The notes: generated by a model from the letters alone, not told the origin. A DNA stretch of 64,000 bases from Octopus vulgaris (GCA_951406725.2 OX597824.1:62000001-62064000), one strand, 5' to 3'. Numbered from the stretch's first letter, positions 31,259 to 48,420 are shown. Translations and numbers: made by a program.

Positions 31259-32024
31259 GAAAAATCCCAGCAATGGTTGAGAAGCTCAGGACTCAAAGCA
31301 GAAACAGAGGGATCTTTAATTGCAGCACAAGACCAAAGCCTCCCCACCAGAAATTACCAAAAACATGTAATGAAAAGAAATATTACAAGTAACTGCAGAA
31401 TATGTGGAGATGGACAAGAAACAATAAATCATATTATCTCTAGCTGCCCAGTCCTGGCTAAGAAGGAATATATTCACAGACATGACAGAGTTGGGACCTA
31501 CATACACTGGAAGCTATGGCAACATTATGGAATAACAAGAGAAAAAAGATGGTATAGGCACACAACAGAAAAGGTCACAGAAAACGAGAAAGCAACCATA
31601 CTCTGGGATATGCCGATACACACAGATAGAGAAATTAAGGCCAACAGACCAGATATAGTTGTCAGAGAACATGAAGAAAAAATGCTTTCTAATTGATGTA
31701 TCAATACCAGCAGATGACAACATCTCTCTAAAAGAAATGGAGAAACTTTCAAAATACAAGGACCTGGAAATAGAGGTAACCAGAATGTGGAATCTAAAAT
31801 CAGAAACAATTCCTATTATAGTAGGTGCATCAGGCATGATAAAAATATTCAGACAAATACATAACAAAAACACCAGGACTTACAAACACATATAACAGTC
31901 AGAAAATTGCACTACTAGGCACTGCACACATCCTATGCAGAACACTTTCCATACAATAACCATCAGAGCATCACAACAAATCACAGCATATACCCAAGGC
32001 ACACAAGTGAAAGCACGCTGTAAA

Positions 32025-32064
<40 letters not shown>

Positions 32065-32068
<4 letters not shown>

Positions 32069-32088
32069 TGATAATAATAATAATAATT

Positions 32089-32126
<38 letters not shown>

Positions 32127-32127
32127 A

Positions 32128-32177
<50 letters not shown>

Positions 32178-32898
32178 AATAATAATAATAAAAGAAAAAT
32201 CCCAGCAATGGTTCAGAAGCACAGGACTCAAAGCAGAAACAGAGGGATTTTTAATTGCAGCACAAGACCAAAGCCTCCCCACCAGAAATTACCAAAAACA
32301 TGTAATGAAAAGAAATATTACAAGTAACTGCAGAATATGTGGAGATGGACAAGAAACAATAAATCATATTATCTCTAGCTGCCCAGTCCTGGCTAAGAAG
32401 GAATATATTCACAGACATGACAGAGTTGGAACCTACATACATTGGAAGCTATGCCAACATTATGGAATAACAACAGAAAAAAAATGGTATAGGCACACAC
32501 CAGAAAAGGTCACAGAAAACGAGAAAGCAACCATACTCTGGGATATGCCGATACACACAGATAGAGAAATTAAGGCCAACAGACCAGATATAGTTGTCAG
32601 AGATGATGAAGAAAAAAAATGCTTTCTAATTGATGTATCAATACCAGCAGATGACAACATGTCTCTAAAAGAAATGGAGAAACTCTCAAAATACAAAGAC
32701 CTGGAAATAGAGGTAACTAGAATGTGGAACCTGAAAACAGAAACAATTCCTATCATAGTAGGTGCATTAGGCATGATAAAAAAATATTCAGACAAATACA
32801 TAACAAAAACACCAGGACTTACAAACACATATAACATACAGAAAATTGCACTACGAGGCACTGCACACATCCTACGCAGAACACTTTCCATACAATAA
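32065..32898 (+). CDS. Open ORF: poly-Met/Ile leader + zinc knuckle + RLE (unit 15); expression unknown
   Basis: 277 aa ORF; the (ATG)n/(ATA)n spacer is in frame with ~235 aa of element ORF. Confidence 0.35.
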
Positions 32899-32992
32899 CC
32901 ATCAGAGCATCACAACAACTCACAGCACATACCCAAGGCACACAGAGCTGCGCTCGGTAGTGAAGTGAAAGCACGCTATAAAAATAAAACTA

Positions 32993-33155
<163 letters not shown>

Positions 33156-33920
33156 GAAAAATCCCAGCAATGGTTGAGAAGCTCAGGACTCAAAGCAGAA
33201 ACAGAGGGATTTTTAATTGCAGCACAAGACCAAAGCCTCCCCACCAGAAATTACCAAAAACATGTAATGAAAAGAAATATTACAAGTAACTGCAGAATAT
33301 GTGGAGATGGACAAGAAACAATAAATCATATTATCTCTAGCTGCCCAGTCCTGGCTAAGAAGGAATATATTCACAGACATGACAGAGTTGGGACCTACAT
33401 ACATTGGAAGCTATGGCAACATTATGGAATAACAAGAGAAAAAAGATGGTATAGGCACACAACAGAAAAGTCACAGAAAACGAGAAAACAACCATACTCT
33501 GGGATATGCCGATACACACAGATAGAGAAATTAAGGCCAACAGACCAGATATAGTTGTCAGAGAACATGAAGAAAAAATGCTTTCTAATTGATGTATCAA
33601 TACCAGCAGATGACAACGTTTCTCTAAAAGAAATGGAGAAACTTTCAAAATACAAGGACCTGGAAATAGAGGTAACCAGAATGTGGAATCTAAAATCAGA
33701 AACAATTCCTATTATAGTAGGTGCATCAGGAATGATAAAAATATTCAGACAAATACATAACAAAAACACCAGGACTTACAAACACATATAACAGTCAGAA
33801 AATTGCACTACTAGGCACTGCACACATCCTACGCAGAACACTTTCCATACAATAACCATCAGAGCATCACAACAAATCACAGCATATACCCAAGGCACAC
33901 AAGTGAAAGCACGCTGTAAA

Positions 33921-33988
<68 letters not shown>

Positions 33989-34005
33989 TAATAATAATAA
34001 TAATT

Positions 34006-34074
<69 letters not shown>

Positions 34075-34088
34075 TTGATGATGATGAA

Positions 34089-34164
<76 letters not shown>

Positions 34165-34967
34165 GAAAAATCCCAGCAATGGTTCAGAAGCACAGGACTC
34201 AAAGCAGAAACAGAGGGATTTTTAATTGCAGCACAAGACCAAAGCCTCCCCACCAGAAATTACCAAAAACATGTAATGAAAAGAAATATTACAAGTAACT
34301 GCAGAATATGTGGAGATGGACAAGAAACAATAAATCATATTATCTCTAGCTGCCCAGTCCTGGCTAAGAAGGAATATATTCACAGACATGACAGAGTTGG
34401 AACCTACAAACATTGGAAGCTATGCCAACATTATGGAATAACAACAGAAAAAAAGATGGTATAGGCACACACCAGAAAAGGTCACAGAAAACGAGAAAGC
34501 AACCATACTCTGGGATATGCCGATACACACAGATAGAGAAATTAAGGCCAACAGACCAGATATAGTTGTCAGAGATCATGAAGAAAAAAAAAATGCTTTC
34601 TAATTGATGTATCAATACCAGCAGATGACAACATGTCTCTAAAAGAAATGGAGAAACTCTCAAAATACAAAGACCTGGAAATAGAGGTAACTAGAATGTG
34701 GAACCTGAAAACAGAAACAATTCCTATCATAGTAGGTGCATTAGGCATGATAAAAAAATATTCAGACAAATACATAACAAAAAACACCACGACTTACAAA
34801 CACATATAACATACAGAAAATTGCACTACGAGGCACTGCACACATCCTACGCAGAACACTTTCCATACAATAACAATCAGAGCATCACAACAACTCACAG
34901 CACATACCCAAGGCACACAGAGCTGCGCTCGGTAGTGAAGTGAAAGCACGCTATAAAAATAAAACTA

Positions 34968-35044
<77 letters not shown>

Positions 35045-35049
35045 TAATG

Positions 35050-35119
<70 letters not shown>

Positions 35120-35883
35120 GAAAAATCCCAGCAATGGTTGAGAAGCTCAGGACTCAAAGCAGAAACAGAGGGATTTTTAATTGCAGCACAAGACCAAAGC
35201 CTCCCCACCAGAAATTACCAAAATCATGTAATGAAAAGAAATATTACAAGTAACTGCAGAATATGTGGAGATGGACAAGAAACAATAAATCATATTATCT
35301 CTAGCTGCCCAGTCCTGGCTAAGAAGGAATATATTCACAGACATGACAGAGTTGGGACCTACATACACTGGAAGCTATGGCAACATTATGGAATAACAAG
35401 AGAAAAATGATGGTATAGGCACACAACAGAAAAGGTCACAGAAAACGAGAAATCAACCATACTCTGGGATATGCCGATACACACAGATAGAGAAATTAAG
35501 GCCAACAGACCAGATATAGTTGTCAGAGAACATGAAGAAAAAATGCTTTCTAATTGATGTATCAATACCAGCAGATGACAACGTCTCTCTAAAAGAAATG
35601 GAGAAACTTTCAAAATACAAGGACCTGGAAAGAGGTAACCAGAATGTGGAACCTGAAAACAGAAACAATTCCTATTATAGTAGGTGCATCAGGCATGATA
35701 AAAATATTCAGACAAATACATAACAAAAACACCAGGACTTACAAACACATATAACAGTCAGAAAATTGCACTACTAGGCACTGCACAGATCCTACGCAGA
35801 ACACTTTCCATACAATAACCATCAGAGCATCACAACAAATCACAGCATATACCCAAGGCACACAAGTGAAAGCACGCTGTAAA

Positions 35884-35926
<43 letters not shown>

Positions 35927-35930
<4 letters not shown>

Positions 35931-35947
35931 TAATAATAATAATAATT

Positions 35948-36024
<77 letters not shown>

Positions 36025-36745
36025 AATAATAATAATAAAAGAAAAATCCCAGCAATGGTTCAGAAGCACAGGACTCAAAGCAGAAACAGAGGGATTTTTA
36101 ATTGCAGCACAAGACCAAAGCCTCCCCACCAGAAATTACCAAAAACATGTAATGAAAAGAAATATTACAAGTAACTGCAGAATATGTGGAGATGGACAAG
36201 AAACAATAAATCATATTATCTCTAGCTGCCCAGTCCTGGCTAAGAAGGAATATATTCACAGACATGACAGAGTTGGAACCTACATACATTGGAAGCTATG
36301 CCAACATTATGGAATAACAAGAGAAAAAAGATGGTATAGGCACACACCAGAAAAGGTCACAGAAAACGAGAAAGCAACCATACTCTGGGATATGCCGATA
36401 CACACAGATAGAGAAATTAAGGCCAACAGACCAGATATAGTTGTCAGAGATCATGAAGAAAAAAAATGCTTTCTAATTGATGTATCAATACCAGCAGATG
36501 ACAACATGTCTCTAAAAGAAATGGAGAAACTCTCAAAATACAAAGACCTGGAAATAGAGGTAACTAGAATGTGGAACCTGAAAACAGAAACAATTCCTAT
36601 CATAGTAGGTGCATTAGGCATGATAAAAAAATATTCAGACAAATACATAACAAAAACACCAGGACTTACAAACACATATAACATACAGAAAATTGCACTA
36701 CGAGGCACTGCACACATCCTACGCAGAACACTTTCCATACAATAA
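35927..36745 (+). CDS. Open ORF: poly-Met/Ile leader + zinc knuckle + RLE (unit 19); expression unknown
   Basis: 272 aa ORF with intact catalytic motif. Confidence 0.35.
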
Positions 36746-36839
36746 CCATCAGAGCATCACAACAACTCACAGCACATACCCAAGGCACACAGAGCTGCGC
36801 TCGGTAGTGAAGTGAGAGCACGCTATAAAAATAAAACTA

Positions 36840-37014
<175 letters not shown>

Positions 37015-37780
37015 GAAAAATCCCAGCAATGGTTGAGAAGCTCAGGACTCAAAGCAGAAACAGAGGGATCTTTAATTGCAGCACAAGACCAAAGCCTCCC
37101 CACCAGAAATTACCAAAAACATGTAATGAAAAGAAATATTACAAGTAACTGCAGAATATGTGGAGATGGACAAGAAACAATAAATCATATTATCTCTAGC
37201 TGCCCAGTCCTGGCTAAGAAGGAATATATTCACAGACATGACAGAGTTGGGACCTACATACACTGGAAGCTATGGCAACATTATGGAATAACAAGAGAAA
37301 AAAGATGGTATAGGCACACAACAGAAAAGGTCACAGAAAACGAGAAAGCAACCATACTCTGGGATATGCCGATACACACAGATAGAGAAATTAAGGCCAA
37401 CAGACCAGATATAGTTGTCAGAGAACATGAAGAAAAAATGCTTTCTAATTGATGTATCAATACCAGCAGATGACAACGTCTCTCTAAAAGAAATGGAGAA
37501 ACTTTCAAAATACAAGGACCTGGAAAGAGAGGTAACCAGAATGTGGAACCTGAAAACAGAAACAATTCCTATCATAGTAGGTGCATCAGGCATGATAAAA
37601 ATATTCAGACAAATACATAACAAAAACACCAGGACTTACAAACACATATAACAGTCAGAAAATTGCACTACTAGGCACTGCACAGATCCTACGCAGAACA
37701 CTTTCCATACAATAACCATCAGAGCATCACAACAAATCACAGCATATACCCAAGGCACACAAGTGAAAGCACGCTGTAAA

Positions 37781-37820
<40 letters not shown>

Positions 37821-37824
<4 letters not shown>

Positions 37825-37841
37825 TAATAATAATAATAATT

Positions 37842-37933
<92 letters not shown>

Positions 37934-38654
37934 AATAATAATAATAAAAGAAAAATCCCAGCAATGGTTCAGAAGCACAGGACTCAAAGCAGAAACAGAG
38001 GGATTTTTAATTGCAGCACAAGACCAAAGCCTCCCCACCAGAAATTACCAAAAACATGTAATGAAAAGAAATATTACAAGTAACTGCAGAATATGTGGAG
38101 ATGGACAAGAAACAATAAATCATATTATCTCTAGCTGCCCAGTCCTGGCTAAGAAGGAATATATTCACAGACATGACAGAGTTGGAACCTACATACATTG
38201 GAAGCTATGCCAACATTATGGAATAACAACAGAAAAAAGATGGTATAGGCACACACCAGAAAAGGTCACAGAAAACGAGAAAGCAACCATACTCTGGGAT
38301 ATGCCGATACACACAGATAGAGAAATTAAGGCCAACAGACCAGATATAGTTGTCAGAGATCATGAAGAAAAAAAATGCTTTCTAATTGATGTATCAATAC
38401 CAGCAGATGACAACATGTCTCTAAAAGAAATGGAGAAACTCTCAAAATACAAAGACCTGGAAATAGAGGTAACTAGAATGTGGAACCTGAAAACAGAAAC
38501 AATTCCTATCATAGTAGGTGCATTAGGCATGATAAAAAAATATTCAGACAAATACATAACAAAAACACCAGGACTTACAAACACATATAACATACAGAAA
38601 ATTGCACTACGAGGCACTGCACACATCCTACGCAGAACACTTTCCATACAATAA
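37821..38654 (+). CDS. Open ORF: poly-Met/Ile leader + zinc knuckle + RLE (unit 21); expression unknown
   Basis: 277 aa ORF with intact catalytic motif. Confidence 0.35.
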
Positions 38655-38748
38655 CCATCAGAGCATCACAACAACTCACAGCACATACCCAAGGCACACA
38701 GAGCTGCGCTCGGTAGTGAAGTGAGAGCACGCTATAAAAATAAAACTA

Positions 38749-38929
<181 letters not shown>

Positions 38930-39695
38930 GAAAAATCCCAGCAATGGTTGAGAAGCTCAGGACTCAAAGCAGAAACAGAGGGATCTTTAATTGCAGCACA
39001 AGACCAAAGCCTCCCCACCAGAAATTACCAAAAACATGTAATGAAAAGAAATATTACAAGTAACTGCAGAATATGTGGAGATGGACAAGAAACAATAAAT
39101 CATATTATCTCTAGCTGCCCAGTCCTGGCTAAGAAGGAATATATTCACAGACATGACAGAGTTGGGACCTACATACACTGGAAGCTATGGCAACATTATG
39201 GAATAACAAGAGAAAAAAGATGGTATAGGCACACAACAGAAAAGGTCACAGAAAACGAGAAAGCAACCATACTCTGGGATATGCCGATACACACAGATAG
39301 AGAAATTAAGGCCAACAGACCAGATATAGTTGTCAGAGAACATGAAGAAAAAATGCTTTCTAATTGATGTATCAATACCAGCAGATGACAACATCTCTCT
39401 AAAAGAAATGGAGAAACTTTCAAAATACAAGGACCTGGAAATAGAGGTAACCAGAATGTGGAATCTAAAATCAGAAACAATTCCTATTATAGTAGGTGCA
39501 TCAGGCATGATAAAAATATTCAGACAAATACATAACAAAAACACCAGGACTTACAAACACATATAACAGTCAGAAAATTGCACTACTAGGCACTGCACAC
39601 ATCCTATGCAGAACACTTTCCATACAATAACCATCAGAGCATCACAACAAATCACAGCATATACCCAAGGCACACAAGTGAAAGCACGCTGTAAA

Positions 39696-39736
<41 letters not shown>

Positions 39737-39756
39737 TGATAATAATAATAATAATT

Positions 39757-39854
<98 letters not shown>

Positions 39855-40667
39855 AATAATAATAATAAAAGAAAATCCCAGCAATGGTTCAGAAGCACAG
39901 GACTCAAAGCAGAAACAGAGGGATTTTTAATTGCAGCACAAGACCAAAGCCTCCCCACCAGAAATTACCAAAAACATGTAATGAAAAGAAATATTACAAG
40001 TAACTGCAGAATATGTGGAGATGGACAAGAAACAATAAATCATATTATCTCTAGCTGCCCAGTCCTGGCTAAGAAGGAATATATTCACAGACATGACAGA
40101 GTTGGAACCTACATACATTGGAAGCTATGCCAACATTATGGAATAACAAGAGAAAAAAGATGGTATAGGCACACACCAGAAAAGGTCACAGAAAACGAGA
40201 AAGCAACCATACTCTGGGATATGCCGATACACACAGATAGAGAAATTAAGGCCAACAGACCAGATATAGTTGTCAGAGATCATGAAGAAAAAAATGCTTT
40301 CTAATTGATGTATCAATACCAGCAGATGACAACATGTCTCTAAAAGAAATGGAGAAACTCTCAAAATACAAAGACCTGGAAATAGAGGTAACTAGAATGT
40401 GGAACCTGAAAACAGAAACAATTCCTATCATAGTAGGTGCATTAGGCATGATAAAAAAATATTCAGACAAATACATAACAAAAACACCAGGACTTACAAA
40501 CACATATAACATACAGAAAATTGCACTACGAGGCACTGCACACATCCTACGCAGAACACTTTCCATACAATAACCATCAGAGCATCACAACAACTCACAG
40601 CACATACCCAAGGCACACAGAGCTGCGCTCGGTAGTGAAGTGAAAGCACGCTATAAAAATAAAACTA

Positions 40668-40821
<154 letters not shown>

Positions 40822-41615
40822 GAAAAATCCCAGCAATGGTTGAGAAGCTCAGGACTCAAAGCAGAAACAGAGGGATTTTTAATTGCAGCACAAGACCAAA
40901 GCCTCCCCACCAGAAATTACCAAAAACATGTAATGAAAAGAAATATTACAAGTAACTGCAGAATATGTGGAGATGGACAAGAAACAATAAATCATATTAT
41001 CTCTAGCTGCCCAGTCCTGGCTAAGAAGGAATATATTCACAGACATGACAGAGTTGGAACCTACATACATTGGAAGCTATGCCAACATTATGGAATAACA
41101 AGAGAAAAAAGATGGTATAGGCACACACCAGAAAAGGTCACAGAAAACGAGAAAGCAACCATACTCTGGGATATGCCGATACACACAGATAGAGAAATTA
41201 AGGCCAACAGACCAGATATAGTTGTCAGAGATCATGAAGAAAAAAATGCTTTCTAATTGATGTATCAATACAGCAGATGACAACATGTCTCTAAAAGAAA
41301 TGGAGAAACTCTCAAAATACAAAGACCTGGAAATAGAGGTAACTAGAATGTGGAACCTGAAAACAGAAACAATTCCTATCATAGTAGGTGCATCAGGCAT
41401 GATAAAAAAATATTCAGACAAATACATAACAAAAACACCAGGACTTACAAACACATATAACATACAGAAAATTGCACTACGAGGCACTGCACACATCCTA
41501 CGCAGAACACTTTCCATACAATAACCATCAGAGCATCACAACAACTCACAGCACATACCCAAGGCACACAGAGCTCTCGGTAGTGAAGTGAAAGCACGCT
41601 ATAAAAATAAAACTA

Positions 41616-41769
<154 letters not shown>

Positions 41770-42565
41770 GAAAAATCCCAGCAATGGTTGAGAAGCTCAG
41801 GACTCAAAGCAGAAACAGAGGGATTTTTAATTGCAGCACAAGACCAAAGCCTCCCCACCAGAAATTACCAAAAACATGTAATGAAAAGAAATATTACAAG
41901 TAACTGCAGAATATGTGGAGATGGACAAGAAACAATAAATCATATTATCTCTAGCTGCCCAGTCCTGGCTAAGAAGGAATATATTCACAGACATGACAGA
42001 GTTGGAACCTACATACATTGGAAGCTATGCCAACATTATGGAATAACAAGAGAAAAAGATGGTATAGGCACACACCAGAAAAGGTCACAGAAAACGAGAA
42101 AGCAACCATACTCTGGGATATGCCGATACACACAGATAGAGAAATTAAGGCCAACAGACCAGATATAGTTGTCAGAGATCATGAAGAAAAAAATGCTTTC
42201 TAATTGATGTATCAATACCAGCAGATGACAACATGTCTCTAAAAGAAATGGAGAACTCTCAAAATACAAAGACCTGGAAATAGAGGTAACTAGAATGTGG
42301 AACCTGAAAACAGAAACAATTCCTATCATAGTAGGTGCATCAGGCATGATAAAAAAATATTCAGACAAATACATAACAAAAACACCAGGACTTACAAACA
42401 CATATAACATACAGAAAATTGCACTACGAGGCACTGCACACATCCTACGCAGAACACTTTCCATACAATAACCATCAGAGCATCACAACAACTCACAGCA
42501 CATACCCAATGCACATAGAGCTGCGCTCGGTAGTGAAGTGAAAGCACGCTATAAAAATAAAACTA

Positions 42566-42660
<95 letters not shown>

Positions 42661-42664
42661 TAAC

Positions 42665-42701
<37 letters not shown>

Positions 42702-45202
42702 TCAACAATAATAATAATAATAATAATAATAGTAGTAATAATAATGATAATAAATGACCTGACTCAATATGAGGCAGTCGCTCCCATAGCTTGTGATCTT
42801 AACTGACTGGCAGTGGTATCTTATACATGTGTAATCTTGGTATAAATGATTGATACAGCAAATATTCTCCTGAATACCACATATGTGTTCGTTAGTTACT
42901 TGATCTTAGCCAGTTGAGCATGTCCTTTAGTGTCTTACAATATGTGCATATTCAATCACGAGCAGGAGCAATGTGTTGAGAGAAATTATCTGGAGTATGA
43001 ATTATTCACTTCTGGAAACATGGGTGTTCCGTTCATCATCCTTAAACAAACCTCATTGGAACACCTTTTCAGCGAGATGGCCTACTCTAACTGGACCTCA
43101 TCTGCAAGATCATGGGATGTTTATTCTGATATGGGATCACCATGTCGCTGATCCATATTGACGATCCATGTGCAGTATGTTTTCTAATGCGGGGGTAATG
43201 AGTTAAATATTTTTGTTTACATCATTATATTGACCAACCAATAAATAATATATCAAAATTTATTTATAATTTCTGACTAAAGGAGCAAGGAGGAATGTTT
43301 ATTTTTTCTTTTTTGATTTTGGTTCAGAAAAGTTTGCAGTCAGAATGCTATTTTTCGCACTAAGAGTTAACAGAAATAAACACAGAGCATATTTTTTATA
43401 ATGCTTTATATAATCAATTAAAATATAAGTTTTGATCGTTACATAGATCCGCTAATAAAATATGAAGCATTTATTTACAACTCATTTTGACAAGGCAAGA
43501 AGAAACATTATTTGTTTATTTGTTTGTTTTTTTTTGTTTTTTTTTACTGCTTTGTATATTTTTGTACTAAGATTGAATTATAGCTCGTAGTTGTCATAAT
43601 GGTATTTATTACATTTACAGATGATAAGTTGGAAAATATCCGCAGAAAAACATTTCTATCATTCCTTAAACAATGATTGATTATGTCGGATATTTCGTGA
43701 AAATAAACAAAGTCGTTTGTATCATTTGAATCACTACAGCAGAGCTATCTATAGTGCCTTTAAAAATAAATCATAGAAAGGAAGCAATTTATAATAAAAT
43801 TTTCTTGCAAACAGACGAACATACACTAATATTTGTTAGCATCCACCAAAAGTAGAGCTAACTATATCAAGAATAAGCTAGGAAAAAGCATAAGCTAATT
43901 AAAATATAGCCAAAACGAATTTATTAAGAAAATTTAAATGATGTATTTTATGAGTTTCAGAATAATAAGGTAAATTCACAGTGTTGTATATTTTGATAAC
44001 ATATAGATTCATAGTCAACAAAATACTTCCGGTCTGCTACAAGGTATATAGCTGAATTTTAATGGAAAAGCACTTTCTATTCTTTCGTCATAAATTATAA
44101 ATAAATAGTTTAAAATTCCATTATGTATATCTTTTTTAATATGTATACTAACATTAAATAATACGAGACTTACGTATTAAAATCTCAAACTCACACAGGA
44201 GGCCGGTAGATCACGACGATAGGTTGTATACTGCTATATATGTTGATCAATATGTAGACGAATATTAAGATTCCTAAGTTTTACAACTCAGTCTACGGAA
44301 CATATTCTGTATGTCTATGTATTTTCATAATACGTTTTTATTTCCATTCCAATTTGTTAGAACTGCTTCGTTATCCTACTATTAAACTCATTTTCTCTAA
44401 CCACTAAGCCAAGCGCCTCCAATATTATCATTATAATTTACATAAATATTTTACTTATTAATTTTTCATTACCTGTACTACTCATGATAAATGTTTTTTT
44501 AATTTTGTTTTTGTGGTATATTCTCTATTTTCATTTCTATTTATTTATTTTTTCTTTTTGATTTGAGCTGATTGTACCTATGCTAAGAATGCCTGATCGA
44601 AAGAAACTATTTAAAGGGCTTTCGAATTTTATGAAACCAAAAATATCTCTACACTTATGACAGCGCTAGTCCTCGTTTCTATATTATACTTGTCCCAATA
44701 GCAAGGTGATTCCTCGAACATACATGCACACATATGCAAGCAAAAGCGCACATCCATGTATAGCTGCTTGACAGTGGGACCGAAATATATGCAAAGCAAT
44801 GTGGAGAATATAAGAGTTGAATACCAAAGTTGGAGAAAGTTGTGGGGTTTTACTGAAAATGATATACTTCACAACACATTATTCCGAGATTCACAGAACC
44901 AATTATCAGACACAAGTGAAATTATGGGAGAATACAATGGTTGTGAAATGTACAGTAATGATACCTTGGGAATAACATATTTTTCAATAGATTGAATTTA
45001 TAAATTCATGAACCGTTGACAAACATACATGTAAGCATTATAAAGAAGTGTAATTAAGTGAATTAAAAGGTCTTCACGAGGGAAAAATAGTTATAATTGG
45101 TGTGAACAATATAAACTAGGGAGAAACATTTTTACAGTTTAGAAACGAGGGAATTCTACCACGAAATATACCATAAAGAAAGGGGAAATAAATAGATAGA
45201 TA

Positions 45203-45241
<39 letters not shown>

Positions 45242-46160
45242 ATACGCAAAGGGTACACACACTGAGACGAAAGAGAGTGAAGAATGTTATAACAGAGTGA
45301 GAGTAGTTAAGAGATGGATGTAAGCCATAATATCTTGAAAAGAAATTGGAATCAAAATTAAACAAATACAGTTGTGCATAATTTCAGTTTGAAGCATTAA
45401 AATTTAGTAATATATAAGTATGAATAACAACAAATAAGGAAACAAATACGACAGACAGATTTGTGGAAAAAAGATTGCTTGTGAACGTGAGGAAATTAAG
45501 TCTATTGTGAGCCAAGTGTAATGTAGATGTCATATAAAGAGAAAGAACATTAAGAGGCAATGAAAGGAGGTAAGTGGTTGAAATTCAATGACAATTATGG
45601 CATGACTGGAAGGAAAGCACGTGAGAGAATGAACAGCATGTTGAGATGTATTCTTAAAAACGTGATCAATAATTTTCAAAACGTCTATTATAAAAGATAT
45701 CATGATCGAAGAAAACGAATCGAACTTTTATGAAAGTTTATAAAAGTTGTAAAAGAATTAACTGTTCTGGTCGAAAAGGATTAAGATATATGAGTGATTA
45801 TAAAAATATTCCAACACATTCTTAATCATACTGATAGAATAATACATGTTGAGAGAGGCGACTATGCGCATCTCGTTCTCTGGAACAGAACACGGAAACA
45901 AATTTGAAGAAGTGTGTGCAATAGTTGAACAATTCAAATGTTTGGTTTAAAGCATAATTATGTTCTGTATAAAAGATGTAACTCAACCAAAACAATGAAC
46001 ATTTTATGGAATTATGGTAACGGTCACTTTCTAAAATCGATCGGTGAAATAGATCTAGATTCTTTGAAATACCAAAGCGTATTTAGACAGACTCGTTGCG
46101 TTCGGGACTTTTAAATGAAATCTTGTGGAGGTAAAACATCCACACAGACAGAAAGACACC

Positions 46161-46217
<57 letters not shown>

Positions 46218-46271
46218 ACACACACAAACTCACACACACACACATCACACACACACACATGCAATATTTTA

Positions 46272-46448
46272 TCTGTCACTTGTTTTAGTCATTTGACTGC
46301 GGCTGGAGGGAGCATCACCTTGAGAATTTTTAAGGAGACGAATCGACAGCTAGTTAAACTATTGGCTTCATGTCCCGAACTACTAAGTTACGAGGACTTA
46401 ATCGGCCCAACATCTGTTGTTCTTCGCTGATGGGGAACAGACACAGTT
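46272..46448 (-). mobile_element. SINE family A 3' half
   Basis: CTTGTTTTAGTCATTTGACTGCGGC..GGAGCATCACCTTGAG...CGAACTACTAAGTTACGAGGAC, colinear with 58937-59130. Confidence 0.6.
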
Positions 46449-46493
46449 AGTTTGTGGCCATGCGTGTGCATGTGTGTGTGCACGTGTGTGTGT

Positions 46494-46571
<78 letters not shown>

Positions 46572-46765
46572 CGGAGATGTACTCGCATAGCAAGTAATTT
46601 GATCTGAGATCGTGTGCTGAAACGAAAACAATTGCAGCGTGGGAGATGTTTATAAGCCATTTAAGAAACACACAAAAGCCGTTCGATTCACTCCAACATT
46701 TAAGTTTAATTTGTCAAAATATTTTCGTCGCTAAAATCCGCGATGTTCACTGACAAAGTCCGTGC

Positions 46766-46847
<82 letters not shown>

Positions 46848-46954
46848 TATCCATTTTCTGTGACGAGGGCTTATACACGCCAATATTAGATTCTGTTCTA
46901 TAGTCAATACGCTGTGAACTCTTATAAGTTTAACGCTTATAATTATCATTTATA

Positions 46955-47051
<97 letters not shown>

Positions 47052-48184
47052 GTATGTATTCACCATATTGTTGTCTACTAATTATATACTGCTTTTCATG
47101 AGAATACTTGTCTCTTAGAATATGTCGGTATCTATATCACTGTTTATTATGTTTCTGGAATGCCTATTATTTCGGCTCATAATATGTAGTTTAATTCCAA
47201 CTTACAATGATGGATTTTATTATATGCTCCATAAGAAGACACTAATTTATCATTAAAATCCGTCTAACAATCTTAAATATGATCTTAAGCAATTCCAGTG
47301 TATCAAAACATAACACTTTACTATTGATATATAGTAAATTGTTTAGCAGCTTATATATATTTCATTGTAATTGACATGTATATATCTTCAAAAGAAACAT
47401 ATATACAGTTCCTTTTTCTGACAGACATTGAGTCACTAAATAAATTGCATTTACATACATCTTGTAATTTATATCTAATACTATCCGCTTTGACTAGACA
47501 TTTATCTAAATTCGGCCATCTCTATTCTGTTTTCGTTCTCTAATAATTATAATGATTGCTAAACTAATCCTCTCATTCACACAATTCAGAGCTCCTTGAA
47601 AATGCCAAGAAGTCGGTGGCGGAAATAAGTTATTTATTATGAGACTCACTTATAAATTCTGTTCTGTGTTCATTTACTTTGCACTTTACAGCAATGTAGC
47701 TGCATTAAATTTTACATAGAGCATCACTACAGTTATTAAGATTTGGTATTTGCTATAAATAAACGCTAAGTTGCTGGATCTATCTTTCATTATGAAGTAT
47801 CATCGATGCTTCTCAAAGAGATAATAGAGACCCTTCAACCACGCCATTATTAATGAATCTTTTTTGTTACTAAATAAAAAAAAAAGTTTAAGCTTATAGC
47901 ATGTTTTCTGTTTTGCTATGATGCTGAAGCAGTTTTAAACGTTCAAACAATGAAACACACACAACAAACTATGAAATGGCTGAAGTTCATTCACTGATAT
48001 AAACCTTTGTTTTATTCAACATTAGCATTTGTGTGACATCTTGTCAATATCTACAAGCACTAACCATTCACCATTGTGCGTTCAATCCACAATGCCCTCT
48101 ACTAGTTTCGCGACAGATGATCAAGTCAGATCCTATAAGCAAATAAGTATTTCTTATATTTTACGCACTCTCTTGTATACAAAT

Positions 48185-48400
48185 ATGGGTTTCAAATTTT
48201 GGCACAAGGCCAGAAATTTTGAGGAAGGGGCGAAGTCGATTAAATCCGCTCCAGTGCTCCACTGGTACTCATGTTATCGACTTCCGAAAATATATAAGGC
48301 AAAGTCGAATTCAACTTAATTACAACTCATAACGTGTAGACTGACGAAATCCCAACAAACATTTTGCCCGGCGTGCAAGCGCTTCTTCCACCTCACCGCT
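48185..48400 (-). mobile_element. tRNA-derived SINE family B, near full length
   Basis: Reverse complement gives head GCGGTGAGGTGGAAGAAGCGCTTGCACGCCGGGCAAAATG and tail GCCTTGTGCCAAAATTTGAAACC. Confidence 0.75.
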
Positions 48401-48420
48401 CTAATATTTTATGCAAATAC

